Shown: positions 30,353 through 39,710 of the stretch, piece after piece
Position numbering within the stretch: position 1 is the stretch's first letter
Layout: every line of letters begins with the position of its first letter
DNA from: Victivallales bacterium
Lineage (GTDB): Bacteria > Verrucomicrobiota > Lentisphaeria > Victivallales > UBA1829
Direction of reading: 5' to 3'
Length of the DNA stretch: 64,000 nucleotides
Assembly: GCA_016285345.1 (NCBI GenBank)
Contig: JAEEQN010000004.1
Location: 29,339-93,338, forward strand
The notes under the pieces: model-generated
Told to the model about the DNA's origin: nothing
Database searches by the model: none
What the model saw: the letters and a program-made list of their open reading frames with translations, nothing else
Program-made: the position numbers and the translations under genes

Positions 30353-30880
30353 ATGCAGGAAACCCTGGAAAAGACTCGTGCGATGGTGCACCACCTCGCG
30401 GCGGTCAACGAGATTCTCGAAAAGAACGGGAACGACCCCTCCCGGCTCATCCCGATCCTTCAGGAGGTGCAGGAAGTCTACAAGTACCTTTCGAAGGACG
30501 TCATCAGCTATGTGGCCACGTCGCTCGACGTGCCCGTGGCGCATGTGTACGGCGTTGCGACGTTCTACGCCCACTTCTCCCTGAACCCCAAGGGAAAGCA
30601 CATCTTCCGCCTCTGCGACGGCACCGCCTGCCACGTGAAGAAGTCCATGGGGCTGCTCGAGGCCATCTACAAGAAGCTCGGCCTCAGCGATGAAAAGCGC
30701 ACCACCGACGACCTGCTGTTCACCGTCGAGATCGTGAACTGCCTCGGCGCCTGCGGTCTCGCCCCCGTGATCGTCGTGGACGGCGAAGTCCACGGCCAGG
30801 CCACCCCGGAACAGGTCGAGAAGATCATCGACGAGATCACGGCCGCCGAAGCCGCCGCCGCGGAATCCGAAAACAAGTAA
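30353..30880 (+). CDS. hydC: NuoE-like [2Fe-2S] subunit of multimeric [FeFe]-hydrogenase (HydC)
   Basis: VATFY..F, CDGTACH, CLGACGLAP; start 30353 after GGAG (30341 possible). Confidence 0.88.
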   Translation: MQETLEKTRAMVHHLAAVNEILEKNGNDPSRLIPILQEVQEVYKYLSKDVISYVATSLDVPVAHVYGVATFYAHFSLNPKGKHIFRLCDGTACHVKKSMGLLEAIYKKLGLSDEKRTTDDLLFTVEIVNCLGACGLAPVIVVDGEVHGQATPEQVEKIIDEITAAEAAAAESENK

Positions 30881-30898
30881 CGAAGGGAATCACATACG

Positions 30899-32809
30899 AT
30901 GAGCACCGAAATCAAAACGCCGAATCTGGAAGAGATCGCCGCGAATTACAAGAAAGTCGTTGCCAAGCTCAAACGCCGCATCATCATCTGCGGCGGCACC
31001 GGCTGCATCGCCAACGGTTCCATGAAGGTCCGCGACGCCATCTGCGCCGAGCTCGAAAAGGCCGGCGAACACATCGAAGTCGTCCTCGACCGCCATGACT
31101 GCTCCAGGAACGAGGGCGTCACCTACTTCTCCAAGTCCGGCTGCCAGGGATTCTGCCAGATGGGCCCGATCCTCCGCATCGAACCCGAAGGGATCTTCTA
31201 CTGCCACGTGAAGCCCGAAGACGCGGCCGAGATCGTCCATGTGACGCTGATCGGCGGCGAGATCATCGACCGCCTGGTCTACGTCGACCCCGTCAGCGGC
31301 AAGCCCTGCCGCCATGAGGACGAGATCGCGTTCTACGCCCGCCAGACCCGCGTCGTGCTCGCCAACTACATGATCGAGCCCGATGATGTGGAAGAATACA
31401 TTGCCCGCGACGGCTACGTCGGCGCACGCAAGGCCGTTACCGAGATGACCCCGGAACAGGTCTGCCAGACCATGATCGACGCCGGACTCCGCGGCCGCGG
31501 CGGCGGCGGTTTTCCGACCGGCCTCAAATGGAAATTCACGCTCGCTTCCCAGAACGACAAGAAATACGTCATCTGCAACGGCGATGAAGGCGACCCGGGC
31601 GCGTTCATGGACCGCTCCGTCATGGAAGGCAACCCCCACGCCGTGCTCGAAGGCATGATGATCGCCGGTCGCGCGATCGGCGCCGATGAAGGCGTCGTGT
31701 ACGTCCGTGCCGAATACCCGCTGGCAGTCGAACGCATTCGCAAGGCGATCGCCGACGCCGAGGAATACGGCCTGCTCGGCAAGAACCTCTTCGGCACCGA
31801 TTTCAACTTCACGATCCGCGTGATGGAAGGCGCGGGCGCGTTCGTCTGCGGCGAAGAGACCGCTCTGATCGCCTCCGTGGAAGGCAAGCGCGGCATGCCG
31901 ATGCCGAAGCCGCCGTTCCCGGCGCAGAAGGGCCTCTACGGCAAGCCGACCGTGATCAACAACGTGGAAACGCTCGCCTCCGTGGCGTACATCATCCGCA
32001 ACGGCGCGGAGAAGTACCGCGAAGTCGGCCCGCAGAACTCCCCCGGCACGAAGACGTTCGCCCTCACCGGCCACGTCGCGAACACCGGCCTCATCGAAGT
32101 CCCGTTCGGCACGACGCTCCGCGAGATCGTGTACAACATCGGCGGCGGCGTGACGGACAACACCGGCAAGGTGACCGGCGAAGACTTCAAGTCCGTGCAG
32201 ATCGGCGGCCCCTCCGGCGGCTGCCTGGTCCCCGACCTCCTCGACCTTCCGCTTGATTTCGACTCCCTGAAGGGCGCGGGCGCTATGGTCGGCTCCGGCG
32301 GACTCGTGGTCATGAACAAGCAGACCTGCATGGTCCGCATCGCGCGGTTCTTCATGCAGTTCACGCAGAACGAATCCTGCGGCAAGTGCGTGCCGTGCCG
32401 CGAAGGCACGAAGCAGATGCTTGCACTGCTCGACGACATCATCGAAGGCCGCGCCACGGCCGAGACGCTCGACCTCCTCGAGAAGACCGCGAAAGCCGTC
32501 CAGCTCGGCTCCCTCTGCGGCCTCGGCAAGACCGCCCCGAACCCGGTCCTCTCCACCCTGCGCTATTTCCGCAAGGAGTACGAAGACCACGTGTTCAAGA
32601 AAATCTGCCCGACCGGCGAATGCAAGGCGCTCGCCCGTCCCGAGATCGACCCCGCGAAGTGCAAAGGCTGCACGGCCTGCGCCCGCAAGTGCCCCGTCGG
32701 CGCGATCACCGGCAAGGTGAAGACCGCGCACAGCATCGACCCCGAAAAATGCATCAAGTGCGGCGCGTGCAAGGCCGCGTGCAAGTTCGGCGCAGTCAAG
32801 GGAATCTGA
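30899..32809 (+). CDS. hydB: NuoF-like FMN/NAD-binding subunit (HydB)
   Basis: GLRGRGGGGFPTG, CNGDEGDPG, FVCGEETAL, ESCGKCVPCREG, C-terminal 2x[4Fe-4S]. Confidence 0.92.
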   Translation: MSTEIKTPNLEEIAANYKKVVAKLKRRIIICGGTGCIANGSMKVRDAICAELEKAGEHIEVVLDRHDCSRNEGVTYFSKSGCQGFCQMGPILRIEPEGIFYCHVKPEDAAEIVHVTLIGGEIIDRLVYVDPVSGKPCRHEDEIAFYARQTRVVLANYMIEPDDVEEYIARDGYVGARKAVTEMTPEQVCQTMIDAGLRGRGGGGFPTGLKWKFTLASQNDKKYVICNGDEGDPGAFMDRSVMEGNPHAVLEGMMIAGRAIGADEGVVYVRAEYPLAVERIRKAIADAEEYGLLGKNLFGTDFNFTIRVMEGAGAFVCGEETALIASVEGKRGMPMPKPPFPAQKGLYGKPTVINNVETLASVAYIIRNGAEKYREVGPQNSPGTKTFALTGHVANTGLIEVPFGTTLREIVYNIGGGVTDNTGKVTGEDFKSVQIGGPSGGCLVPDLLDLPLDFDSLKGAGAMVGSGGLVVMNKQTCMVRIARFFMQFTQNESCGKCVPCREGTKQMLALLDDIIEGRATAETLDLLEKTAKAVQLGSLCGLGKTAPNPVLSTLRYFRKEYEDHVFKKICPTGECKALARPEIDPAKCKGCTACARKCPVGAITGKVKTAHSIDPEKCIKCGACKAACKFGAVKGI

Positions 32810-32830
32810 AAACTATAAGGATCATTCATC

Positions 32831-34897
32831 ATGGCCGATACCGTTAAAACACTGACCGTCAACGGACGGGAAGTCACGTTCACGAATGAACGCAACCTCC
32901 TGGAAGTCATCCGCAAAGCCGGGATCGAGATCCCGACCTTCTGCTACCACTCCGAACTGAGCATCTACGGCGCCTGCCGCCTCTGCCTCGTCCTCGTCGA
33001 GGGCAAAGGCATCATGGCGTCCTGCTCCACCGCCCCCGCGCCCGGCATGGTCGTCCACACGGACACCAAGGAAATCCGCGACATGCGCAAGATCAGCGTG
33101 GAACTCCTGCTCGCCAACCACAACCGCGAATGCCCGACCTGCGCCCGCAACGAGAACTGCACCCTGCAGCGCATCGCCCACCAGCTCGGCGTCCAGGACA
33201 TCCGCTTCAAATCCGTGAAGAAGGACGACCCGATCGACTTCTCCTCCCCGTCGCTCGTCCGCGACCCGAACAAGTGCGTGCTCTGCGGCGACTGCGTGCG
33301 CGTCTGCTCCGAACTCCAGGGCATCGGCGCGATCGACTTCTCGAACCGCGGCTCCAACGCCCGCGTGGCCCCGGCCTTCGGCGCTTCCCTCGGCGCGGTC
33401 GAGTGCGTGAACTGCGGCCAGTGCGCCGCCGTCTGCCCCACCGGCGCGATCGTCCCGAAACAGGACCGCAACCGCGTGTGGGACGCCCTGTACGATCCCG
33501 GCAAGACCGTCGTGGTCCAGATCGCCCCGGCCGTCCGCGTGGCGCTGGGCGAATACTTCGGCGCGAAGCCGGGCGAGAACGTGGCCGGCAAGCTCGTCGC
33601 CGCCCTGAAGCTCATGGGCTTCAAACACGTCTATGACACCAGCTTCTCCGCCGATATGACCATCTTCGAGGAAGCCACCGAGCTCATCGACCGCATCGCC
33701 AACGGCGGCACGCTCCCGATGTTCACCAGCTGCTGCCCCGCCTGGGTCAAGTTCGCCGAGATCTACTACCCCGAAATGATCCCCCACATCTCCAGCTGCC
33801 GTTCCCCGCAGGCCATGTTCGGCTCCATCGCCAAGAAGGTCCTGCCCGAACAGCTCGGCTGCAAGCGCGAAGACCTTGTGGTCGTCTCCATCATGCCCTG
33901 CACGGCGAAGAAGTTCGAGGCCCAGCTTCCGAAGTTCGCCGTCGACGGCAAGCCGGAAGTCGACATCGTCGTGACCACCAGCGAAGTCCAGCGCATGATC
34001 AACTCCATGGGCATCAAGCTCAATGAGCTCCAGCCCGAAGCGTTCGACATGCCCATGGGATTCGCCACCGGCGGCGGCGTCATCTTCGGCGCGTCCGGCG
34101 GCGTCATGGAAGCCGCGCTCCGCTACGCGGTCGAAAAGCTCGACGGCAAACCGCTCGCATCCGTCGACTTCAAGGCCGTCCGCGGCATGAACACCCTCAA
34201 GGAAGCCACCGTGACCGCGGCCGGCAGGGAAATCCGCGTGGCGGTCGTCCACGGCCTCGCCAATGCCAAGCGCCTCATCAACGACGTCCGCTCCGGCAAG
34301 GCCCACTACGACTTCGTCGAAGTCATGGCTTGCCCCGGCGGCTGCATCTCCGGCGGCGGCCAGCCCGTCGGCGTCACCGACGCGATCCGCGTCCAGCGCC
34401 AGCAGGGCCTCTACGCGGCCGACAAGTCCCAGCAGGTCCAGAAGAGCCAGGACAACTTCCTGGTCGACCAGTGCTACAAGGACCACATCGGCGGCAAGCC
34501 CGGCTCCCACGAAGCGCACCACCTGCTGCACACGGTCTACCAGAACCGCAGCCAAATCTTCGACGCGAAGATTCCGATCATGCGCGGCACCGCCCGGAAC
34601 CGCTTCATGATCACCGTCACGATCTGCGCCAAGCAGGACAACTGCCCCGGCCAGCTCCTGATCGGCATGATCTCCGAATACGTCCGCAACAAGAACTACA
34701 CGGACAAGGTCGACATGGACGCCGCGTTCTCGTCCCGCCCCGAACAGGACGGCACGATCTGCGTGACCATCGGCGACGAAGTCGTCGAGCGCACGAAGTT
34801 CAGAAACGCCCTGAACACGCTGGAACAGCTCCAGAACCAGGCTGCGTTCGAGACGATCAAGAAGAAGATCGACGAAAGCGTCGCCAAGCTCGGCTGA
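32831..34897 (+). CDS. hydA: [FeFe]-hydrogenase catalytic subunit (group A3 type, HydA)
   Basis: Canonical L1 TSCCPAW, L2 MPCTAKKFE, L3 EVMACPGGCISGGGQP; N-terminal [2Fe-2S], His-ligated and 2x[4Fe-4S] domains. Confidence 0.95.
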   Translation: MADTVKTLTVNGREVTFTNERNLLEVIRKAGIEIPTFCYHSELSIYGACRLCLVLVEGKGIMASCSTAPAPGMVVHTDTKEIRDMRKISVELLLANHNRECPTCARNENCTLQRIAHQLGVQDIRFKSVKKDDPIDFSSPSLVRDPNKCVLCGDCVRVCSELQGIGAIDFSNRGSNARVAPAFGASLGAVECVNCGQCAAVCPTGAIVPKQDRNRVWDALYDPGKTVVVQIAPAVRVALGEYFGAKPGENVAGKLVAALKLMGFKHVYDTSFSADMTIFEEATELIDRIANGGTLPMFTSCCPAWVKFAEIYYPEMIPHISSCRSPQAMFGSIAKKVLPEQLGCKREDLVVVSIMPCTAKKFEAQLPKFAVDGKPEVDIVVTTSEVQRMINSMGIKLNELQPEAFDMPMGFATGGGVIFGASGGVMEAALRYAVEKLDGKPLASVDFKAVRGMNTLKEATVTAAGREIRVAVVHGLANAKRLINDVRSGKAHYDFVEVMACPGGCISGGGQPVGVTDAIRVQRQQGLYAADKSQQVQKSQDNFLVDQCYKDHIGGKPGSHEAHHLLHTVYQNRSQIFDAKIPIMRGTARNRFMITVTICAKQDNCPGQLLIGMISEYVRNKNYTDKVDMDAAFSSRPEQDGTICVTIGDEVVERTKFRNALNTLEQLQNQAAFETIKKKIDESVAKLG

Positions 34898-35027
34898 GGA
34901 GGACAAGTCCTCCACTGAAGCAGTGCGCGGCTCCGCTCGCGCACATAGCTGAAGTGCCGAATAGTGCTCTCGCGTAGCAGAGCACAGCATCGACACTGCT
35001 TGCAGTGGCCCGGCTCCGCCCGGGCAC
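34898..35027. repeat. cluster of three-hairpin REP-like elements (full copy, inverted partial, direct partial)
   Basis: 34898-34944 full copy; 34964-34985 reads GTGCTCTGCTACGCGAGAGCAC on the minus strand; 34994-35027 CACTGCTTGCAGTGGCCCGGCTCCGCCCGGGCAC. Confidence 0.85.
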
Positions 35028-35041
35028 ACACAAGTATCTTT

Positions 35042-35084
35042 TCCTCCGCTCTTTTTACAGGGGCGGAGGATTTTTTCTTTTTTT
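35042..35084 (+). terminator. intrinsic terminator of the hydrogenase operon
   Basis: TCCTCCGCTCT / AGGGGCGGAGGA stem followed by a long T run. Confidence 0.75.
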
Positions 35085-35137
35085 CTTGTATTTCGCGGAG
35101 AGTGTGCTATATTAGTGTATTATCGAGGTGTATACAT

Positions 35138-35413
35138 ATGGGAAAACTCCTGACAGGCGTCATCTATATTCTGCTGGTGCTGGTGCTGATCGTGTCCGGC
35201 ATCCTCGTGCTGCCCGCGTACCGGAAGTACAAGCGCACCGAACAGGATGTTTTTATGCTTCAGGCCGACCTCGACCGTGTGAAGACGGAATACCTCACGC
35301 TTCAGCAGGAAGTCCACGACCTCCAGCACAACGCCTCCGCCATCGAAAAAGTCGCCCGCGAGCAGTACCATCTGTCCCGCGAGGGCGAAGTGATTTATAT
35401 TTACTCCGAGTGA
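35138..35413 (+). CDS. septum formation initiator family protein (FtsB/DivIC-like)
   Basis: One N-terminal TM, coiled coil, IEKVAREQY.L...GEVIY. Confidence 0.8.
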   Translation: MGKLLTGVIYILLVLVLIVSGILVLPAYRKYKRTEQDVFMLQADLDRVKTEYLTLQQEVHDLQHNASAIEKVAREQYHLSREGEVIYIYSE

Positions 35414-35419
35414 TTTCCG

Positions 35420-36016
35420 ATGGAGCGGATTTCCAGTTCCGACGCGACCGCCGCCGCGGTCTTCCGCGATATTCTGCGGCGCGATGACGGCGTCCTGCTT
35501 GTCCCGACCGAGACCGTCTACGGACTGGTCTGCGATGCCGCGCACGAAGCCGCCCGCGCGAAAATATACGAGATGAAACGGCGTCCGGCGTCCAAACTTC
35601 TCACGCTCTTTTTCGCCTCGCGCGAAGCGGCGGAGACGGCGTTTCCCGCCATGCCGGAGACCGCGAAACGCTTTGCGGCGGCGTTCTGCCCCGGCCCCGT
35701 GACTCTGGTCGTGCCGGACGGCGACGCGTTCACCGGATTCCGCATTCCCGATCATCCCGCGCTGCTGAAACTTCTTGCGGCGTACGGGCGGCCGCTTGCC
35801 TCGACCAGTGCGAATCTTTCCGGACAGCCCCCGGCGCATACCGTGGATGAAGCTTTGAAATCGCTTGCGATTCCGCCCGACGGCGTGCTGGACGGCGGTG
35901 CGATCCCGCCGGATTCCGCGGCGTCGACCGTGATCAAGGTCGAGCGCGACGGCGCGTGGAGCATCCTGCGTCCGGGGCCGGTGTCCGAGGAAATGCTTCT
36001 GGCGGCGCTGAAGTAA
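35420..36016 (+). CDS. tsaC: L-threonylcarbamoyladenylate synthase (TsaC/YrdC family)
   Basis: PTETVYGL, K.RP, PGPVTLV, RIPDH, STSANLSG, ILRPG. Confidence 0.9.
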   Translation: MERISSSDATAAAVFRDILRRDDGVLLVPTETVYGLVCDAAHEAARAKIYEMKRRPASKLLTLFFASREAAETAFPAMPETAKRFAAAFCPGPVTLVVPDGDAFTGFRIPDHPALLKLLAAYGRPLASTSANLSGQPPAHTVDEALKSLAIPPDGVLDGGAIPPDSAASTVIKVERDGAWSILRPGPVSEEMLLAALK

Positions 36017-36161
36017 GTCATTTGGGACGTTTCCGCCTCTCGCGGATCGAGCTGGAGACTTGCATTTTCGGAAAAATGTGGTATTTTATTATGTCTGCAT
36101 TTTTCGAAAATGATTAGATAATTCTTGTGGCAGACTTCCAATCCATGAAAGGACAACGACA

Positions 36162-37073
36162 TTGAAAACAGCATTTTTATTCTCGGGGCAGGGCGCCCAG
36201 GCCGTCGGCATGGGCAAGGACCTGTATGAAGCTTCCCCTGCGGCGAAAGCGGTTTTCGACCGCGCGGACGCCGTGCTCGGACGCAGCCTGTCCAAGCTCT
36301 GCTTCGAAGGCCCGGAATCCGACCTGACCGCGACGGCGAACTGTCAGCCCGCGATCTATACCGCCAGCATGGCCTGTCTGGCCGCCTGGCTGGAAAAGAA
36401 CCCCGGCGAAGAAGCCGTGGCCGCTGGCGGCCTGAGCCTCGGCGAATACGCGGCGTTCGCGTCCGCCGGGACGTTCACGTTCGAGGACGGCCTGAAGCTC
36501 GTGGCGAAGCGCGCCGCCCTGATGGACGCGGCCTGTCACGAAGCCGAGGGCGGCATGGCCGCCATCATCGGCGGCGATCCCGCGGTGATCGCGGAGGTCT
36601 GCGCGGAATGCGGCATCGACGTGGCGAACTACAATTCGCCCGGCCAGATCGTGATCAGCGGCGTGAAGGACCTGGTCCTGAAGGCTTGCGGAATCCTGAA
36701 GGAACGCGGCGTCAAGCGCGCCCTGCCGCTGAACGTGGCGGGAGCGTTCCACAGCCGCATGATGGCTTCCGCGGGCGCGGCGCTCGCTCCAGTGCTGGAC
36801 GCAACTCCGATGAACGCGCCGAAGTTCCCCGTGCTCCAGAATTTCACGGGCGAACCCGAATCCGATCCGGCGAAGATCCGCGCGAACCTGGTCTCCCAGG
36901 TCGCGGGAAGCGTCCGCTGGGACACCTGCGTGCGCGTCATGGCGGAACGTTTCGGCGCGGAGCGCTTCGTGGAGTTCGGACCGGGCACGGTCCTGACCGG
37001 CCTCGTGCGGAAGATCCTGCCGGGCGCGGCCCTGCACAACGTCTCCGGCGTCGACGGGTTGGCGAACGCCTGA
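36162..37073 (+). CDS. fabD: malonyl-CoA:ACP transacylase
   Basis: FSGQGAQ, GLSLGEY, NYNSPGQ, GAFHS, EFGPG; TTG start after AAAGGA. Confidence 0.95.
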   Translation: MKTAFLFSGQGAQAVGMGKDLYEASPAAKAVFDRADAVLGRSLSKLCFEGPESDLTATANCQPAIYTASMACLAAWLEKNPGEEAVAAGGLSLGEYAAFASAGTFTFEDGLKLVAKRAALMDAACHEAEGGMAAIIGGDPAVIAEVCAECGIDVANYNSPGQIVISGVKDLVLKACGILKERGVKRALPLNVAGAFHSRMMASAGAALAPVLDATPMNAPKFPVLQNFTGEPESDPAKIRANLVSQVAGSVRWDTCVRVMAERFGAERFVEFGPGTVLTGLVRKILPGAALHNVSGVDGLANA

Positions 37074-37137
37074 CTTTTTCCTTGAAGAAAACAATCTTAT
37101 AACCCAATCATACTGAAACCGAATCAGGAGAAACACA

Positions 37138-37881
37138 ATGAGTCAACTCGAAAACAGAGTGGCGCTGGTGACCGGCGGAGCCCGCGGCATCGGACGCGCG
37201 ATCTGCGAACGCCTGGCACAGGAAGGCGCGAAGCTCGCCATCGTGGACATCATGCAGGAAACGGCGGACAAGACTGTGGCGGAATTCCGCGCACAGGGCA
37301 TCGACGCCATCGCCATTGCGGCGAACGTCGCGAAGTATGAAGACGCCGAAGCGTCGATCAAGACCGTCATGGAAAAATACGGCCGCCTCGACATCCTCGT
37401 GAACTGCGCCGGCATCACCAAGGACAACCTGCTCATGCGCATGAGCGAGGCCGACTGGGACGCCGTGATCGCCGTCAACCTGAAGGGCACGTACAACTTC
37501 ATCAAGGCCGCCATCCGTCCCATGATGAAAGCCCGCTACGGCAAGATCGTGAACATCTCCAGCGTGGTCGGCCGTGCCGGAAACGCCGGACAGGTCAACT
37601 ACTCCGCCTCCAAGGCCGGCGTCATCGGCGTCACGAAGTCCGTGGCAAAGGAACTCGGCAGCCGCAACATCATGGTGAACGCGGTCGCGCCCGGCTACAT
37701 CATGACCGACATGACCGAAAACCTCCCGGACGAGGCCAAGAAGTTCTTCCTGGAACTGATCCCGCTGAAGCGCGGCGGCAAGCCCCAGGATGTCGCCAAC
37801 GTCGTGGCGTTCCTCTGCGGCCCGGATTCCGACTACGTGACCGGCCAGGTGATCAACTGCTGCGGCGGCTTCCTGATGTAA
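37138..37881 (+). CDS. fabG: 3-oxoacyl-ACP reductase
   Basis: TGGARGIG, AGITKD, NYSASKAG, VAPGYI.TDM. Confidence 0.95.
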   Translation: MSQLENRVALVTGGARGIGRAICERLAQEGAKLAIVDIMQETADKTVAEFRAQGIDAIAIAANVAKYEDAEASIKTVMEKYGRLDILVNCAGITKDNLLMRMSEADWDAVIAVNLKGTYNFIKAAIRPMMKARYGKIVNISSVVGRAGNAGQVNYSASKAGVIGVTKSVAKELGSRNIMVNAVAPGYIMTDMTENLPDEAKKFFLELIPLKRGGKPQDVANVVAFLCGPDSDYVTGQVINCCGGFLM

Positions 37882-37947
37882 TTTTTCCCTTCGGGATGTA
37901 AAAAAACATCATTCGGCCATAAAAACGCAAAAAAGCGTGCATTGGAT

Positions 37948-37975
37948 TTGCAAAATCGCAAAAACGGTGTATATT
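37948..37975 (+). promoter_or_regulatory. sigma70-like promoter of acpP
   Basis: TTGCAA-N16-TATATT in an AT-rich intergenic region. Confidence 0.5.
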
Positions 37976-38039
37976 ATAATCCATACACGTTACAAAAAAA
38001 CGAAAACCAACCCTTCTCACCAATACGAAAGGATTTAAC

Positions 38040-38291
38040 ATGTCCGCTGAAATCGCACAAAAAGTCAAAGAGCTCGTCGTGAAGCAGCTCGCAGTCGCCG
38101 AAGACCAGGTTACCGATGACGCCCGTTTCGTCGAAGATCTGAACGCCGACTCCCTCGACATCGTGGAAATGATCATGGCTCTCGAAGAAGAATTCAACTC
38201 CGAGATTCCGGATGAAGACGCCGAAAATCTGAAGACCGTCGGCGATGCGATCAAGTACATCGAAAGCAAGATGGCTGCCGCCAAGGAATAA
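38040..38291 (+). CDS. acpP: acyl carrier protein
   Basis: [26 protein letters not shown]. Confidence 0.96.
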   Translation: MSAEIAQKVKELVVKQLAVAEDQVTDDARFVEDLNADSLDIVEMIMALEEEFNSEIPDEDAENLKTVGDAIKYIESKMAAAKE

Positions 38292-38310
38292 TTTCCTTCT
38301 TTTGCTTCCC

Positions 38311-38342
38311 GGGGTCATTCGTCTTGAGTGACCCCTTTTTTT
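38311..38342 (+). terminator. intrinsic terminator after acpP
   Basis: GGGGTCATTC-GTCTT-GAGTGACCCC followed by T7. Confidence 0.8.
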
Positions 38343-38377
38343 CTTTTTCTATCCTAAGCGACCGGAGATAAGATACC

Positions 38378-39643
38378 ATGATGAACAGACGGCGAGTTGT
38401 AATAACCGGATACGGAGCGGTTTCCTGCGTGGGGAACGATGTGAACACCATGTGGGACGCCCTGGTCAACGGGCGCTGCGGCATCGGCCGCGTGACCCAG
38501 TTCGACCCGACCGATTTTAAGACGCAGGTCGGCGGCGAGGTGAAGAACCTCGACTGGCAGAGCGTCGTGTCCGAAAAGGACTATCGCAGAGTCGACAGCT
38601 TTGTCACGTTCGCCCTGGTCGCTTTCGACGAGGCCCGGCGCGACGCCGGACTTCCGGCCGATTTCCGAGAGGAAGGCAGCGGACTCGACGTGAACCGCAT
38701 CGGCGTTGTGGTCGGCAGCGGCATCGGCGGCCTGCACACCATCGAGAGCCAGTGCGCCACGCTCCTGACCAAGGGCCCGAGCCGTGTTTCGCCCTTCATG
38801 ATCCCGTCCATCATCACGAACATGGCTTCCGGCATGATCTCCATCCGGTGCGGCGCAGGCGGCCCGAACTTCTCGGTCGTCTCCGCATGCGCCACCGCCA
38901 CGCACGCCATCGGCGCGAGTTTCGACGCGATCGCCGACGGACGCGCGGACATGATGGTCACCGGCGGCGCGGAATCCTCCATCACCCGCCTGGGCTATGC
39001 CGGATTCTGCTCCATGAAGGCCATGAGCACCCATTACAACGACACTCCCGAGGTCGCCAGCCGTCCGTTCGACCGCGACCGTGACGGTTTCGTGATGTCC
39101 GAGGGCGCCGGCATCCTCATTCTTGAAGAATATGAACACGCCGTGAAGCGCGGCGCGAAGATCCATTGCGAAGTGGTCGGCTTCGGCGCGACCGGCGACG
39201 CGTTCCACATGACCGCGCCGATGACCGGCGGTCTCGGCGGCATGCGAGCGTTCCAGATGGCGCTGGACAACGCCGGACTGAACCCGGAAGACGTGGACTA
39301 CATCAACGCGCACGGAACCAGTACGCACCTCAACGACCTCTGCGAGACGCAGGCGATCAAGGCGCTGTTCGGCGACCACGCCCGCAAGCTCGCGATCAGC
39401 AGCACCAAGGGCGCGATGGGCCACGGCCTCGGCGCCGCGGGCGGCTTCGAAACGATCATTGCCTCGAAGACCATCGAGACCGGGATCGTCCCGCCGACCA
39501 TCAACTACACCACCCCGGACCCCGAGTGCGACCTGGACTACACGCCGAACGTCGCGCGTGAACGCAAGGTCGACGTGGCGCTGAACACCAACCTCGGATT
39601 CGGCGGCCACAACGGCGTGATCGCCCTGCGCCGCTGCAAGTGA
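38378..39643 (+). CDS. fabF: 3-oxoacyl-ACP synthase II
   Basis: RRVVITG, SACAT, SRPFD..RDGFV, INAHGTST, GHGLGAAG, GFGGHN. Confidence 0.95.
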   Translation: MMNRRRVVITGYGAVSCVGNDVNTMWDALVNGRCGIGRVTQFDPTDFKTQVGGEVKNLDWQSVVSEKDYRRVDSFVTFALVAFDEARRDAGLPADFREEGSGLDVNRIGVVVGSGIGGLHTIESQCATLLTKGPSRVSPFMIPSIITNMASGMISIRCGAGGPNFSVVSACATATHAIGASFDAIADGRADMMVTGGAESSITRLGYAGFCSMKAMSTHYNDTPEVASRPFDRDRDGFVMSEGAGILILEEYEHAVKRGAKIHCEVVGFGATGDAFHMTAPMTGGLGGMRAFQMALDNAGLNPEDVDYINAHGTSTHLNDLCETQAIKALFGDHARKLAISSTKGAMGHGLGAAGGFETIIASKTIETGIVPPTINYTTPDPECDLDYTPNVARERKVDVALNTNLGFGGHNGVIALRRCK

Positions 39644-39710
39644 CCGGACCTGACTGACAACGCTTTCCATTTGATTTTTCAACTTACATAATCTTTTTCG
39701 GAGGTTCCTT

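Noticed and set aside
34895-34920. Selenocysteine readthrough of the hydA TGA via the adjacent hairpin (SECIS-like)
   Set aside because: Readthrough would add only GGQVLH before another TGA, and the same element follows a TAA stop at GH39
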